A stretch of 64,000 bases of DNA from Candidatus Kapaibacterium sp. (GCA_040398805.1 JBBATK010000008.1:28060-92059); one strand, 5' to 3'; shown: positions 1 through 9,361, counted from the first letter of the stretch. Notes: generated from the letters alone by a model not told the origin. A program made the numbers and translations.

Positions 1-234
1 CTCACACCCGATAGTATCTGCACGGTGAACATCACCAACACCTTCGTCACCTGCAAACGTTTGCAGAAGGGAAGCCGCATCATTATCATGATGGGTGTGA
101 ATAAGAATCCAATGTGGCAGATGAACTACGGCACGGGTAAGGATGTGAGCGAGGAGACCATGATGGACGCCACCGAACCTCTGCGCGTGGAATGGTTCAA
201 CGACACACGCGTGACCGTGGGGATGGACGATTGA
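1..234 (+). CDS. 3' end of an unidentified gene that begins upstream of the window
   Basis: Frame 1 is open from nt 1 to TGA at 232-234 (...TCKRLQKGSRIIIMMGVNKNPMWQMNYGTGKDV...). Only a vague resemblance to C-terminal domains of CocE/NonD-type hydrolases. Confidence 0.35.
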   Translation, partial: LTPDSICTVNITNTFVTCKRLQKGSRIIIMMGVNKNPMWQMNYGTGKDVSEETMMDATEPLRVEWFNDTRVTVGMDD

Positions 235-414
235 TGATCGACCGCTGTATCCTAGGGGTTTTGCGTGTGGGGACGCCGACTGATTCGAACGTATGTGGTG
301 CGGACCTATGTGCCGTATCGACATACCGGAAGTGTTCCATCAGCTACTCATCTGGGCTCGGGCGGAGTGAAGAGTGCTAATTTCCGTTCGTCTTCATCAC
401 TCGTCATCATCCTC

Positions 415-816
415 ATGTCCTCTACCATCACCGTTCGCACCGTTATCGCTGCGGATGCAACAAACGTCTGGGAGGCATACACGCAGCCCGAGCATATCAC
501 GCAATGGAACTTCGCCGATCCCAGCTGGCACTGTCCGCGGGCGGAGAACACGATGGAAGTGGGAGGGCGATACGTGGCGCGGATGGAAGCGCGGGACGGA
601 AGTTTCGATTTCGAAGCAGTCTATGAAGAGATCGTCCCCGGAGAACGCTTCACGTACGCCTTCGGCGATCGCCGTGCCACCGTGGTGTTTCTTCACCACG
701 AGCAAGGAACGGAAGTGGTCGTCACCTTCACGCCCGAGGATCTTCACCCTCTGGACATGCAGCGCGCAGGATGGCAGTCCATTCTCGATAATTTCAAGAG
801 ATATGTCGAAGGGTAG
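415..816 (+). CDS. SRPBCC-superfamily protein (Aha1/AHSA1-like domain)
   Basis: ATG at 415 inside ORF 265..816. The sequence VIAADATNVWEAYTQPEHITQWNFA...GGRYVARMEARDGSFDFEAVYEEIVPGERFTY...GWQSILDNFKRYVE is typical of the AHSA1/SRPBCC family. Confidence 0.8.
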   Translation: MSSTITVRTVIAADATNVWEAYTQPEHITQWNFADPSWHCPRAENTMEVGGRYVARMEARDGSFDFEAVYEEIVPGERFTYAFGDRRATVVFLHHEQGTEVVVTFTPEDLHPLDMQRAGWQSILDNFKRYVEG

Positions 817-942
817 ATTCACGAGACGACGGTGAACGGTTCCACGTTCTTGTTCCGCGATGTCGTCGAATCCGCGAGCGCAGGAAGGGCGATGATCGCA
901 ACACATCTGCGCTTCACTTTCACTTTCTGACCAACCACCTCC

Positions 943-1443
943 ATGGCCGAATCAACAAGAATCCATTCGTATCACACCCAGGTCCGCTGGACGGGAAACA
1001 AAGGCGTCGGCACCACCCATACCACCGCGTATACGCGCGATCATGTGGTGACGGCCGCGGGCAAGACGGAGATCGCCTGTTCCTCCGATCCCGCCTTCCG
1101 TGGCGATCCCACGAAACACAACCCCGAGGAGATGCTCGTCTCCGCCGTGTCGTCGTGCCACATGCTGTGGTACTTGCACCTCTGCGCCGATGCGGGCGTC
1201 GTGGTGACAGACTATGTCGATACGCCCGAAGGCAGCATGGAGGAGACCTCCGACGGCGGCGCCTTCACGGAAATCATCCTGCATCCCGTCGTCACCATCA
1301 CCGATGCATCGAAAGCGGAAACCGCGCACGCGATTCACGCAGTAGCTCACACACGGTGTTTCATTGCGAACTCGGTGAGGTGCGTGGTGCGTGTGCAGGG
1401 GATGGTCCGCAGTGGAGAACAGACGGATACGACGATCCCATGA
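943..1443 (+). CDS. OsmC family peroxiredoxin-like protein
   Basis: 166 aa. HNPEEMLVSAVSSCHMLWYLHLCA ... AHTRCFIANS are the two conserved Cys regions of OsmC/Ohr-like proteins. Confidence 0.85.
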   Translation: MAESTRIHSYHTQVRWTGNKGVGTTHTTAYTRDHVVTAAGKTEIACSSDPAFRGDPTKHNPEEMLVSAVSSCHMLWYLHLCADAGVVVTDYVDTPEGSMEETSDGGAFTEIILHPVVTITDASKAETAHAIHAVAHTRCFIANSVRCVVRVQGMVRSGEQTDTTIP

Positions 1444-2315
1444 ACCGCCGTACCTTTCTTCAAACCATTCCCGCGCTTGGAGCTGTCATGCATCTGGACG
1501 ACCTTGCCCGCCTCACCGATTCTCTCAACGCCACCGACCGCATGCCCGCGTTGTTCCTGGGTCACGGAAGCCCCATGAACGCCATCGAGGATAACGAATT
1601 CGTTCGCGGCTTCAAGCAACTCGCCACCACTCTCCCCAAGCCGAACGCTATCCTGTGCGTGTCTGCGCATTGGGAGACACGCGGCACGCAGGTCACCGCT
1701 ATGGAGAAGCCCCGGACCATTCACGACTTCGGCGGTTTTCCTGAAGAGTTGTATCGTGTGCGGTATCCCGCACCCGGTAGTCCTTCTTTAGCGAAAGACA
1801 CGCAATTGTTGGTAAGGAGTACGAAGGTGGAGCCCGACACGAAGTGGGGCTTGGATCATGGTGCATGGAGTGTCATCAAGCATCTCTATCCGAACGCCGA
1901 CGTCCCTGTCGTGCAGATGAGTCTGGATGTCCGCATGTCACCCGCACAGCACTACGACCTCGGTCGAGAGTTACGTTCGCTCCGCGACAAAGGTGTGCTG
2001 ATCATCGGTAGCGGAAACATGGTGCATAATCTGGGTCGTGTTGCGTGGGACAAACTCGCTCTTTCCGAGTATGGTTACGATTGGGCGCTCGAGGCGCGGG
2101 AACGCATGACCCGCTGTATCCGCGACGGCAATCACAAGGAACTCATCGCATTCCGTTCCAACGGCAAGGCCTTCGATCTTGCCATACCAACCCCCGAACA
2201 CTATCTGCCGCTGTTATACACACTCGCGTTGCAAGAAAGGTCCGAAGAACCGATCCTCTTCAACGACAAAGCCATCGGCGGCTCGCTGACGATGACGTCC
2301 GTGCGACTGGGCTGA
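1440..2315 (+). CDS. 4,5-DOPA dioxygenase extradiol (LigB/YgiD family) with Tat-like N-terminal signal
   Basis: ATG at 1440 overlaps the OsmC stop (ATGA). Motifs: PALFLGHGSPMNA, CVSAHWET, IHDFGGFP, LDHGAWSV, IIGSGNMVHNL. N-terminus is MNRRTFLQTIPALGAV. Confidence 0.85.
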   Translation: MNRRTFLQTIPALGAVMHLDDLARLTDSLNATDRMPALFLGHGSPMNAIEDNEFVRGFKQLATTLPKPNAILCVSAHWETRGTQVTAMEKPRTIHDFGGFPEELYRVRYPAPGSPSLAKDTQLLVRSTKVEPDTKWGLDHGAWSVIKHLYPNADVPVVQMSLDVRMSPAQHYDLGRELRSLRDKGVLIIGSGNMVHNLGRVAWDKLALSEYGYDWALEARERMTRCIRDGNHKELIAFRSNGKAFDLAIPTPEHYLPLLYTLALQERSEEPILFNDKAIGGSLTMTSVRLG

Positions 2316-2692
2316 TACGCTCAACGCATTCCGTGTAGTACCCTCACTTGGAAAACCCTTCTCATTCCGCGCCTTCCCGCACGGAATACCCGTCTTCGCG
2401 TATTTGTGGAAGGAAAACGCTCGCTCGTCGCTGCCTCGCGGTGGCCTGCTTTGGCACGGTAGTTGTGTGCTGAGCGCGTATGCATGCCGATTGATCGTGG
2501 ACGCACATGCGTCTACGAACGTCGATGAAGACGTGTGGTACGTGGAGACCATGCCGAAATCATATCATGAATCGTTGATAGAGCGGTCCGTTCGGATCGA
2601 TGAATGTATGCCTACATGCGGGATGTTGCTGTCAAGTCGCAACCATGATGATTGGTGGCGTCCATTCATTCTCACTAAAGATGTATAGGTCC

Positions 2693-3907
2693 ATGCTGAA
2701 ATTCGTCATCTGGTCTCCTGAATACACCGAAGGCATCGGGGGCGTCATCGCTCTTCACCTGCTTGCCAAGAACCTGGCCGAAGAAGGGTATCCTGTTGTC
2801 ATCAGTACACGAACGACGATGCGAAACTCCAAGGCCTTGACAATCGACCGCATCAATGAATTGGTACTGAATCCGGACGAAACAGTTGTCATCTACCCGG
2901 AAATCGCGATTGGCAATCCCTTCAACGCCAAACATGTCGTCCGCTGGCTCCTCAACACACCGGGTACAAGCGGAGGCGATGGGGTTTATGATAGACATGA
3001 TATCGTGTACAAACTCTCTGAGGAAATCTCCGCGACCGACGAGTCACAAGTGAAAGGACTCTTGCGGATGAATCCCGTCGGTATGGAGATGTTGGTCGAC
3101 CAACCAAATGTCCACGCGGGCGACAGCTGTCTCGCAGAGGCAGGTCCGGAGAACGCATCATCCTTTCACGTACCGGATGAGATGGACATGAATCGTGTGT
3201 CCGGAGATGAGCGCTCGTCTCCGAGAGAGAATCGTGCCGTAGAGGAGTATCCGGAATCACTACGAAGTTTCATCCGGGATTGCGAGCGGTATGTGGCCGA
3301 GAGGAACGAGATGCCCGAATCGCGGGTAGTGATCGATGTCGTCATCGCCTCGAATTGCTCCGATATCTCCTCCTACAAGAACGTCGCTCGGTGTATCAAC
3401 TCGTTGGTCGTATCCGCCCATGACGACGTCGCTTTCAATATCATTGTGGCGGAAAGCTCTACGGACGTCTGCTTCGATGCAGCGACAGCCAATGCCGCAC
3501 CACACCGATGCACGACCGTGTATCCGGGCGTACCCTTCTCGACGAAGGAGTATCAGCGTCTCGGGGCCATGTTCGCTCATGCCGATACCATCGTCGTCTG
3601 CTCTCCTTCGTATCGCTTTACCTTTGATTGGGCCCGTTCGGCGCTTCAGACCCTGCAGTCGAAACCGAACGACCCCCTTTCAGTCTCCGGTCCTGCACAG
3701 ACAGCCATGTCCACGAGCGATGTCTTCCGTATGGCGTTCGGCGTGAGCGAGACGAGCGGGTCAGGACACGACGAGTGCGTGATGTACCGACGGTCCGTTT
3801 GGGAACAAACTGTCATGCCGGTCGACCAGGATCGGCTCTCGACCGAAGAGGCGCGTCCGCAAGCCATCGAAGAGTTATTCACGACAGAGGCGCAGCTCAT
3901 CCTATGA
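2693..3907 (+). CDS. hypothetical two-domain protein (GT-B-like N-terminal region plus degenerate GT-A/GT2-like C-terminal region)
   Basis: Long ORF with coding-like composition. The N-terminal region KFVIWSPEYTEGIGGVIALHLLAKNLAEEGYPV resembles a GT-B Rossmann start. VIDVVIASNC...FNIIVAESSTD resembles a GT2 start but lacks DDGSTD. Start is uncertain (ATG at 2600, 2681 or 2693). Confidence 0.5.
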   Translation: MLKFVIWSPEYTEGIGGVIALHLLAKNLAEEGYPVVISTRTTMRNSKALTIDRINELVLNPDETVVIYPEIAIGNPFNAKHVVRWLLNTPGTSGGDGVYDRHDIVYKLSEEISATDESQVKGLLRMNPVGMEMLVDQPNVHAGDSCLAEAGPENASSFHVPDEMDMNRVSGDERSSPRENRAVEEYPESLRSFIRDCERYVAERNEMPESRVVIDVVIASNCSDISSYKNVARCINSLVVSAHDDVAFNIIVAESSTDVCFDAATANAAPHRCTTVYPGVPFSTKEYQRLGAMFAHADTIVVCSPSYRFTFDWARSALQTLQSKPNDPLSVSGPAQTAMSTSDVFRMAFGVSETSGSGHDECVMYRRSVWEQTVMPVDQDRLSTEEARPQAIEELFTTEAQLIL

Positions 3908-4518
3908 AAATCCCACTTCCTCATGTCACTCTTATCATCGTCGATTGCGTCGACTACGCTCGTGCGAGAATGTCGTTCGATCACAATATGAGCATCTGCG
4001 ATTTCGCAGATGCCAAGCTCCTTACGGATATCGATATCAACGACCCCTTCGTTCATCGCATACCGAGCATACGGTCCATCGAGCAGTATTCGCGATTCAT
4101 GATCGAAGACCTTACCCACCACTTCGACACACCCCATGTGCTCGTGGCTCAGTGGGACGGTTTCATCTGGAACCCTGCTCTGTGGAGCGACGAGTTCCTG
4201 AACTATGACTACGTCGGCGCTCCATGGCCTTCACAGATACTCCAGAAAGGAGTACCGAAGAACTACACCGTCGGAAACGGCGGATTCTCCCTTCGCAGCA
4301 AGCGCTTGCAGGATTTTCTCTCAAGGGAAACCGACCTTATTCAGCATGCCGCCGAGGATGTGGTGATCGGACAGTACAATAGGGCGTACCTGGAGTGTAT
4401 GGGATTCCGCTTCGCCCCCGATGAACTCGCCCGACGTTTCAGTTGGGAATACGCAGAGATGACACCTGCCTTCGGTGTGCATGCACGGCTGCTGCTTGAA
4501 CGAGCTGTCAAAGCATAG
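3904..4518 (+). CDS. DUF5672-like protein
   Basis: ATG at 3904 overlaps the upstream stop (ATGA). I recognise the motifs YDYVGAPW and GNGGFSLRSKR as DUF5672-like. Confidence 0.55.
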   Translation: MKIPLPHVTLIIVDCVDYARARMSFDHNMSICDFADAKLLTDIDINDPFVHRIPSIRSIEQYSRFMIEDLTHHFDTPHVLVAQWDGFIWNPALWSDEFLNYDYVGAPWPSQILQKGVPKNYTVGNGGFSLRSKRLQDFLSRETDLIQHAAEDVVIGQYNRAYLECMGFRFAPDELARRFSWEYAEMTPAFGVHARLLLERAVKA

Positions 4519-4687
4519 ACACCGACGTATCATGGAACGATGATACTCTCGAGATCCGCTCTACATGCAAGGACGATGCGCACACGGTTCATTCCCGACC
4601 GCGTACGAACCGTCGTCGGTACGTCTTCTATGCAATACCGGCTCACATGGCGGCCGCTGACTTCAACGCTGCCGTCCATGCTCCTCT

Positions 4688-6223
4688 TCATGAACCCGAT
4701 GTAGTTGCGTCGCTCGCACCGCCCCCATCCATCTTCGCATCCCACTCCTCCGCCCGACGCCACATCTGTTGTTGCTTCTCTTCCGGCATGCGGTCCAGAG
4801 TCTTGAGCAACATGCCAAGTCGCGGATTCGTTCCGAAGAACGCGCGTTGCTTGCGCATGAACCGCCAGAACAGCGCATCCCAGGTCACATCCCACTCGCC
4901 GTCCCGCTTCACGTCCGACATCTTCGTGATGTAATTGCTTCCGCTGATATACGGCTTCGTCGTCATGCCTCCACCATCGGCGAACTGACTCATACCATAC
5001 ACGTTCGGCACCATCACCCAATCGTAGGCATCGATGTACATTTCCATGAACCACCGGTACACCTCGTCGGGATCGAACTCGCAGAGCAGCATGAAGTTTC
5101 CCAGCACCATGAGCCGCTCGATGTGATGGTTGTATCCCGTGGCGAGGAGTTTCCTGATGCACATGTCCACCGGTGCGATACCCGTCGTGCCATCGTAGAA
5201 CGACGCCGGTATGCGCCGCGTGAAACCCCAGTAATTCCGCGTCCGCTGCGCCCGCCCGTGCTGCACGTAATACAATCTCATGAATTCCCGCCACCCGATG
5301 ATCTGACGGATGAAGCCCTCGAGGGAACTCAGGGGCACCGCATTCCGCTCCGCGAATGCCAGCGCCCTGTCCACCACGTACGCCGGCGTGAGCAAGCCGA
5401 TGTTCAGCATGGGCGTGAGCACAGAGTGATGCAACCAGTGCTCGCGGGCCACGATGGCGTCTTCGTACGGTCCGAACCCGGCAAAGCGATGCACAAGGAA
5501 ATCCTCCAGCCATGCGCGCGCATCGGCATGCGTGACGGGATATAGCAATCCGCTGTGCAACGAACCGGGATTGCTCGCGTAATGCAACTGCGTGTAGGCT
5601 TCCGCTTCGCGGGTATGACGATTGCCGTCGGGAAACCACACGGTGGGCGGCGTCTTCTTCGCCGGATATTTCAATCGGTTCTCCGTGTCGTACGTCCACT
5701 GTCCGCCCACGGGCTTATCCCCCTTGTCGCCTTCCATGAGTATGCCTAATGCCTTCCTCTGCCGCACGTACCAATCGGTCTGAACGACGCTCCCATCCTT
5801 GCGTCTGGGCAACTCCGCATCCGGAGGGTTGATGAATCCCGCGTGGGGAACGAACTCAAGCCGCAAGCCGTGACCCGCACCGGCGGTCCGCATCCGTCGC
5901 TCCAACCAATCGTCGTCCGGTGTGTAGGCACGCACGTGCATCGTCGACGTGCTCTCCGCGCACCGTCGTAGCAATTCCCGCACATCGCTCTCCGCCTCCG
6001 TGCTCTGCACAAGGCGAATAGGGATGCCCATTGCGGTCAGATACTCCGCATAGGATTGCATCGACGCCCGGTGCAGGGCGATCTTCTGCTTGTGAAACGC
6101 AACCTGTGTGAAGAAGAGCGCCTCCTCGACGAGGACGACTTCCTCCGCCTCACGCAGGGGCGCGATGTCTTCGAACAGTTGGTGCGGAAAGATGATGAAG
6201 GTATGCACGCGGCGGGTGGTCAT
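4688..6223 (-). CDS. cryptochrome/photolyase family protein (COG3046, FeS-BCP/(6-4) photolyase-related lineage)
   Basis: 511 aa from ATG at 6223. Motifs: FIIFPHQLF, GGQWTYDTENR, IGWREFMR, TGYNHHIERLMVLGNF, YDWVMVPNVYGMSQFADGG, KPYISGSNYITKMSD. Confidence 0.85.
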   Translation of the reverse strand: MTTRRVHTFIIFPHQLFEDIAPLREAEEVVLVEEALFFTQVAFHKQKIALHRASMQSYAEYLTAMGIPIRLVQSTEAESDVRELLRRCAESTSTMHVRAYTPDDDWLERRMRTAGAGHGLRLEFVPHAGFINPPDAELPRRKDGSVVQTDWYVRQRKALGILMEGDKGDKPVGGQWTYDTENRLKYPAKKTPPTVWFPDGNRHTREAEAYTQLHYASNPGSLHSGLLYPVTHADARAWLEDFLVHRFAGFGPYEDAIVAREHWLHHSVLTPMLNIGLLTPAYVVDRALAFAERNAVPLSSLEGFIRQIIGWREFMRLYYVQHGRAQRTRNYWGFTRRIPASFYDGTTGIAPVDMCIRKLLATGYNHHIERLMVLGNFMLLCEFDPDEVYRWFMEMYIDAYDWVMVPNVYGMSQFADGGGMTTKPYISGSNYITKMSDVKRDGEWDVTWDALFWRFMRKQRAFFGTNPRLGMLLKTLDRMPEEKQQQMWRRAEEWDAKMDGGGASDATTSGS

Positions 6224-6335
6224 GGTGATCGTGTCACTGCAAAGTAGGATGCAGGAGGTGGATGGCAAGAAGGGAGGACGGGAAGGAAGACAATCGAGCC
6301 CGACCGCTTCCTATCTTTACGCGCCGTCTTCACTC

Positions 6336-6974
6336 ATGCCCTGCATCATGTCGTTACCGCTCTCGTTCGATCCGGATACCTCTCCCGCACAAGGAACGGC
6401 CGTGCTTCCGCACGACGGTGAGGCGGTGTATTATCCTGCGCTGTTCACGGCGGACGAAAGCGATGCATTGCTCAGTGCCCTTACCCGCACCATCGAATGG
6501 AAGCAGGACCGCATCACGATGTATGGAAAGGAGCACGATGTGCCGCGACTGACCGCGTGGTACGGCGACGAAGGGGTGAGATACGGGTACTCCGGACTGC
6601 GCATGAGAGCCAAAGCGTGGACGGAGGAGTTACTGGCCATCAAGGCCCGCATCGACGTCCTGGCCGGCGTCCGCTTCAACAGCGTCCTCCTGAATCTTTA
6701 TCGTGACGGCAGCGACAGCATGGGTTGGCATGCCGACGACGAACCCGAGCTGGGAGAGAATCCCGTTATCGCCTCCGTCAGTTTCGGTGCGTCACGCACT
6801 TTCAAGCTGCGTCATGTGGTGGACAAGACGACCTGTAACGTGGTGCTCGACCATGGCAGTCTGCTGCTCATGAAGGGACGCACGCAGCATGCATGGGTGC
6901 ACGCGGTGCCGAAGACGAAGAAAGTGCTGCAGCCGAGGTGTAATCTTACCTTCAGGGTGGTCGAAGCGAAGTAG
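6336..6974 (+). CDS. alkB: alpha-ketoglutarate-dependent dioxygenase AlkB
   Basis: Motifs: PRLTAWYGD, NSVLLNLYRDGSDSMGWHADDEPELG, IASVSFGASRTFKLR, HAWVHAVPKT, RCNLTFR. Divergent from the photolyase-like gene. Confidence 0.85.
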   Translation: MPCIMSLPLSFDPDTSPAQGTAVLPHDGEAVYYPALFTADESDALLSALTRTIEWKQDRITMYGKEHDVPRLTAWYGDEGVRYGYSGLRMRAKAWTEELLAIKARIDVLAGVRFNSVLLNLYRDGSDSMGWHADDEPELGENPVIASVSFGASRTFKLRHVVDKTTCNVVLDHGSLLLMKGRTQHAWVHAVPKTKKVLQPRCNLTFRVVEAK

Positions 6975-7042
6975 AAACAAAGATTTCTCAACCGGTTTCA
7001 CGTGGTACACATTCATAACCCTATCTTCTCTATCATTGCAGA

Positions 7043-8011
7043 ATGAAGAACCGCTGCTCCCTCCTCGTCTCCCTCTTCCGAGCTGGCCTCATGACGCTCG
7101 CACTCGGTGACCTCGGCATGGCACAAACCCTGCCCTTCGTCTCCCATGGTCGCATCGAGCGCATCGAGGGGTTCGTCTCGAACCACGTCACGCCGCGCAC
7201 CATCGATGTGTGGCTGCCGGACGGGTATTCGCGGGACCGACGGTATGACGTGCTGTACATGCACGACGGACAGATGCTCTTCGATTCGTCGACCACATGG
7301 AACAAGCAGGAATGGAACGTCGACGAGACGGCATCGGCCTTGATGCGCCGAGGCGCGTGCCGTCCTTTCATCGTCGTGGGTATATGGAACGGCGGAAGCA
7401 CGAGGCATGCGGACTATTTCCCGCAGAAACCTCTGGCCCTTCTCACCGCGAAGCAGCGCGACACGCTCACCGCGCAGTTGCAGGAAGCCGGACGTATCGT
7501 CAGCGATTTCGTTCCCCGCAGCGATGCCTACCTGCGATGCATCGTCGAGGAGATCAAGCCGCTCATCGATGCGCGCTACTCGGTGAACACCTCGCGCGAG
7601 CACACTTTCATTGCAGGCAGCAGCATGGGCGCACTCATCTCGCTCTATGCACTGTGCGAATTTCCCGACGTGTTCGGCGGTGCCGCATGTATCTCCACGC
7701 ACTGGATAGGCACGTTCGCATCCACCGACAATCCTGTGCCCGAGGCCTTCCTTGCGTATCTGCAGATGCATCTGCCGGATCCCGCTACGCACCGTGTGTA
7801 CTTCGATTGCGGCGATCGGACGCTCGATGCGTATTATCCCGACATCCAACGCAAAGTGGATACGCTCATGTCCGCTCGCGGCTACGCAGCGGCATCGTGG
7901 ACCACGCGGTATGTTCCCGGAGCAGACCACTCGGAGAAGGCATGGAGCAAGCGGTTGGACCAGCCGCTCATGTTCCTGCTGGGCGAGAAGCTCGGCACGA
8001 TGACGCGCTGA
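7043..8011 (+). CDS. secreted alpha/beta hydrolase (putative esterase family, enterochelin-esterase-like)
   Basis: Signal peptide. Motifs: YDVLYMHDGQMLFD and GSSMGALISLY (nucleophile elbow). Confidence 0.8.
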   Translation: MKNRCSLLVSLFRAGLMTLALGDLGMAQTLPFVSHGRIERIEGFVSNHVTPRTIDVWLPDGYSRDRRYDVLYMHDGQMLFDSSTTWNKQEWNVDETASALMRRGACRPFIVVGIWNGGSTRHADYFPQKPLALLTAKQRDTLTAQLQEAGRIVSDFVPRSDAYLRCIVEEIKPLIDARYSVNTSREHTFIAGSSMGALISLYALCEFPDVFGGAACISTHWIGTFASTDNPVPEAFLAYLQMHLPDPATHRVYFDCGDRTLDAYYPDIQRKVDTLMSARGYAAASWTTRYVPGADHSEKAWSKRLDQPLMFLLGEKLGTMTR

Positions 8012-8046
8012 CGTTAAGGACATCGATCACAAGGAATCACCTCTGT

Positions 8047-8310
8047 ATGAACCTGCGAACCTGGTTGAATGATGAAACCCATGGATGGTGGCGAAGCGGA
8101 TTGTCCTGGGGCATGTGGATGTATCTCTTGATGAGTGTCGCTCTTCCATGGATCGACGAAGGACGGCTCTCCCCAAGGCGTCTGCTCATCGGAATCCCCC
8201 TGTGGATGATCGCCGGTCTGCTCTATGGCGGTGTCACGACGCTATGGAACAGGGCATCGGGGAAAGACAACACACAGGACGATACGTCCAAAGGACACAC
8301 ACCATCATGA
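8047..8310 (+). CDS. small membrane protein (hypothetical)
   Basis: 87 aa with two hydrophobic segments. Its stop overlaps the next ATG (ATGA at 8307-8310). Confidence 0.5.
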   Translation: MNLRTWLNDETHGWWRSGLSWGMWMYLLMSVALPWIDEGRLSPRRLLIGIPLWMIAGLLYGGVTTLWNRASGKDNTQDDTSKGHTPS

Positions 8311-8837
8311 AACTCGAACTCAGACCCTGGACCCTTGCCGACGCTCCGAGCTTGGCGCGTCACGCGAACAACAAGAACGTCTCCCGCTTCTTGCGCAATC
8401 ACTTTCCGTATCCCTACACGCCGGACGACGCACGGAGCTTCATCTCCATGGCGATGGAAGAAGCGGCGAAGGAACAAGGAAACGGCCTGTATGCCATCGA
8501 CATCGACGGCGAGGCCGTGGGCGGCATCGGGTATCATCGTCAAGCGGACGTGTACCGGCATAATGCCGAAGTGGGATATTGGCTGAGCGAGGAGCACTGG
8601 GGCAAGGGCATCATGACGGCATCGTTGCGTCGGCTTGTCGATATCGTGTTCACGGAGACGGAACTGCTGCGCCTGTTCGCTGGGACGTTCGCACCCAATA
8701 GGGATTCGCAGAGAGTTCTGGAGAAAGCGGGCTTCGTCCGTGAAGCCCATCACATCGGCAACGTGATGAAAGACGGTTTGATCATGGACTCGTACATGTA
8801 CGCCCTGCGGCGCGAACAATGGACGCCCGTGCGGTAG
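8307..8837 (+). CDS. GNAT family N-acetyltransferase (RimJ/RimL-like)
   Basis: Motifs: LELRPWTLADAPSL, EVGYWLSEEHWGKGIMT, NRDSQRVLEKAGFVREA. Confidence 0.85.
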   Translation: MKLELRPWTLADAPSLARHANNKNVSRFLRNHFPYPYTPDDARSFISMAMEEAAKEQGNGLYAIDIDGEAVGGIGYHRQADVYRHNAEVGYWLSEEHWGKGIMTASLRRLVDIVFTETELLRLFAGTFAPNRDSQRVLEKAGFVREAHHIGNVMKDGLIMDSYMYALRREQWTPVR

Positions 8838-8910
8838 GAGCGTGCACCCGGGTCGCGCCGACGCTCCACCCTTCGTGTGGGAAACGCGCAGGGGTTGTTG
8901 AAAAAAACAC

Positions 8911-8942
8911 TTGATTTTCCTGTTAGTCCGGTGCTATGTTTG
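8911..8942 (+). promoter_or_regulatory. candidate FCB-type sigma-A promoter (TTG-N21-TAtgTTTG)
   Basis: TTG at 8911-8913 and TATGTTTG at 8935-8942. The architecture matches the clearer promoter upstream of the tRNA. Sequence pattern only. Confidence 0.3.
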
Positions 8943-9361
8943 GGGCAGGTCACGGTCGGCTCGGAATCAACGGGGAAACGTGCAAGGGCATCGAACGGTA
9001 CACGAAGGCACGACGACTTTTTTTCATCGCGGACAATAGAATTTCCGAGACCTCGTCACTACAAAAACCACAACGAAACGTGCAGGACACAGACGTGTAC
9101 GGGATCTGCACACAAAGAGCTTGGAGCGCTTCGGAGCGCCTTTAGGAACGACAGGACACCAGGGGCAGGATTCACCAAGGTAGAATCGCGAAATCGGTCG
9201 TCTCATAGTATTCACAAGAAATCATCGTCAGTCGTAGAGGCACATTGTCGCTGCAGATGTCTGCGCGCGCGGTGAATGCCATCAGTCGCTCTTGCGCGGC
9301 AGGATAGCTCCTGTAGGCGCCTGCCCGCTCACCTCGGAACCGAAGCTGTATTCAATCATGT

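Noticed and set aside
4530-5699. 389-aa ORF overlapping the photolyase-like gene in another frame of the minus strand. The same class includes 7013..8023(-), 40580..41653(+), 42690..43889(-), 61561..62517(-) and 62160..63605(+).
   Set aside because: Arg/Gly/His/Pro-rich compositions are typical of shadow ORFs in GC-rich DNA. Each fully overlaps a gene with clear family motifs on the other strand or in another frame.
8943-8975. SRP (4.5S) RNA-like string CAGGTCACGGTCGGCTCGGAATCAACGG just downstream of the candidate promoter.
   Set aside because: Similarity to the SRP helix-8 consensus (CAGGUCAGGUCCGGAAGGAAGCAGCC) is partial. I could not build the required helix with a GNRA loop and symmetric loop.
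9260-9335. Cobalamin-riboswitch-like fragments (GGTGAATGCC ... CTGCCCGCTCACC) upstream of rhodopsin.
   Set aside because: The B12-box core (CCCGCCACTG-like) is not matched, and the expected GGGAA and flanking helices are missing. I treat this as chance resemblance unless cmscan says otherwise.
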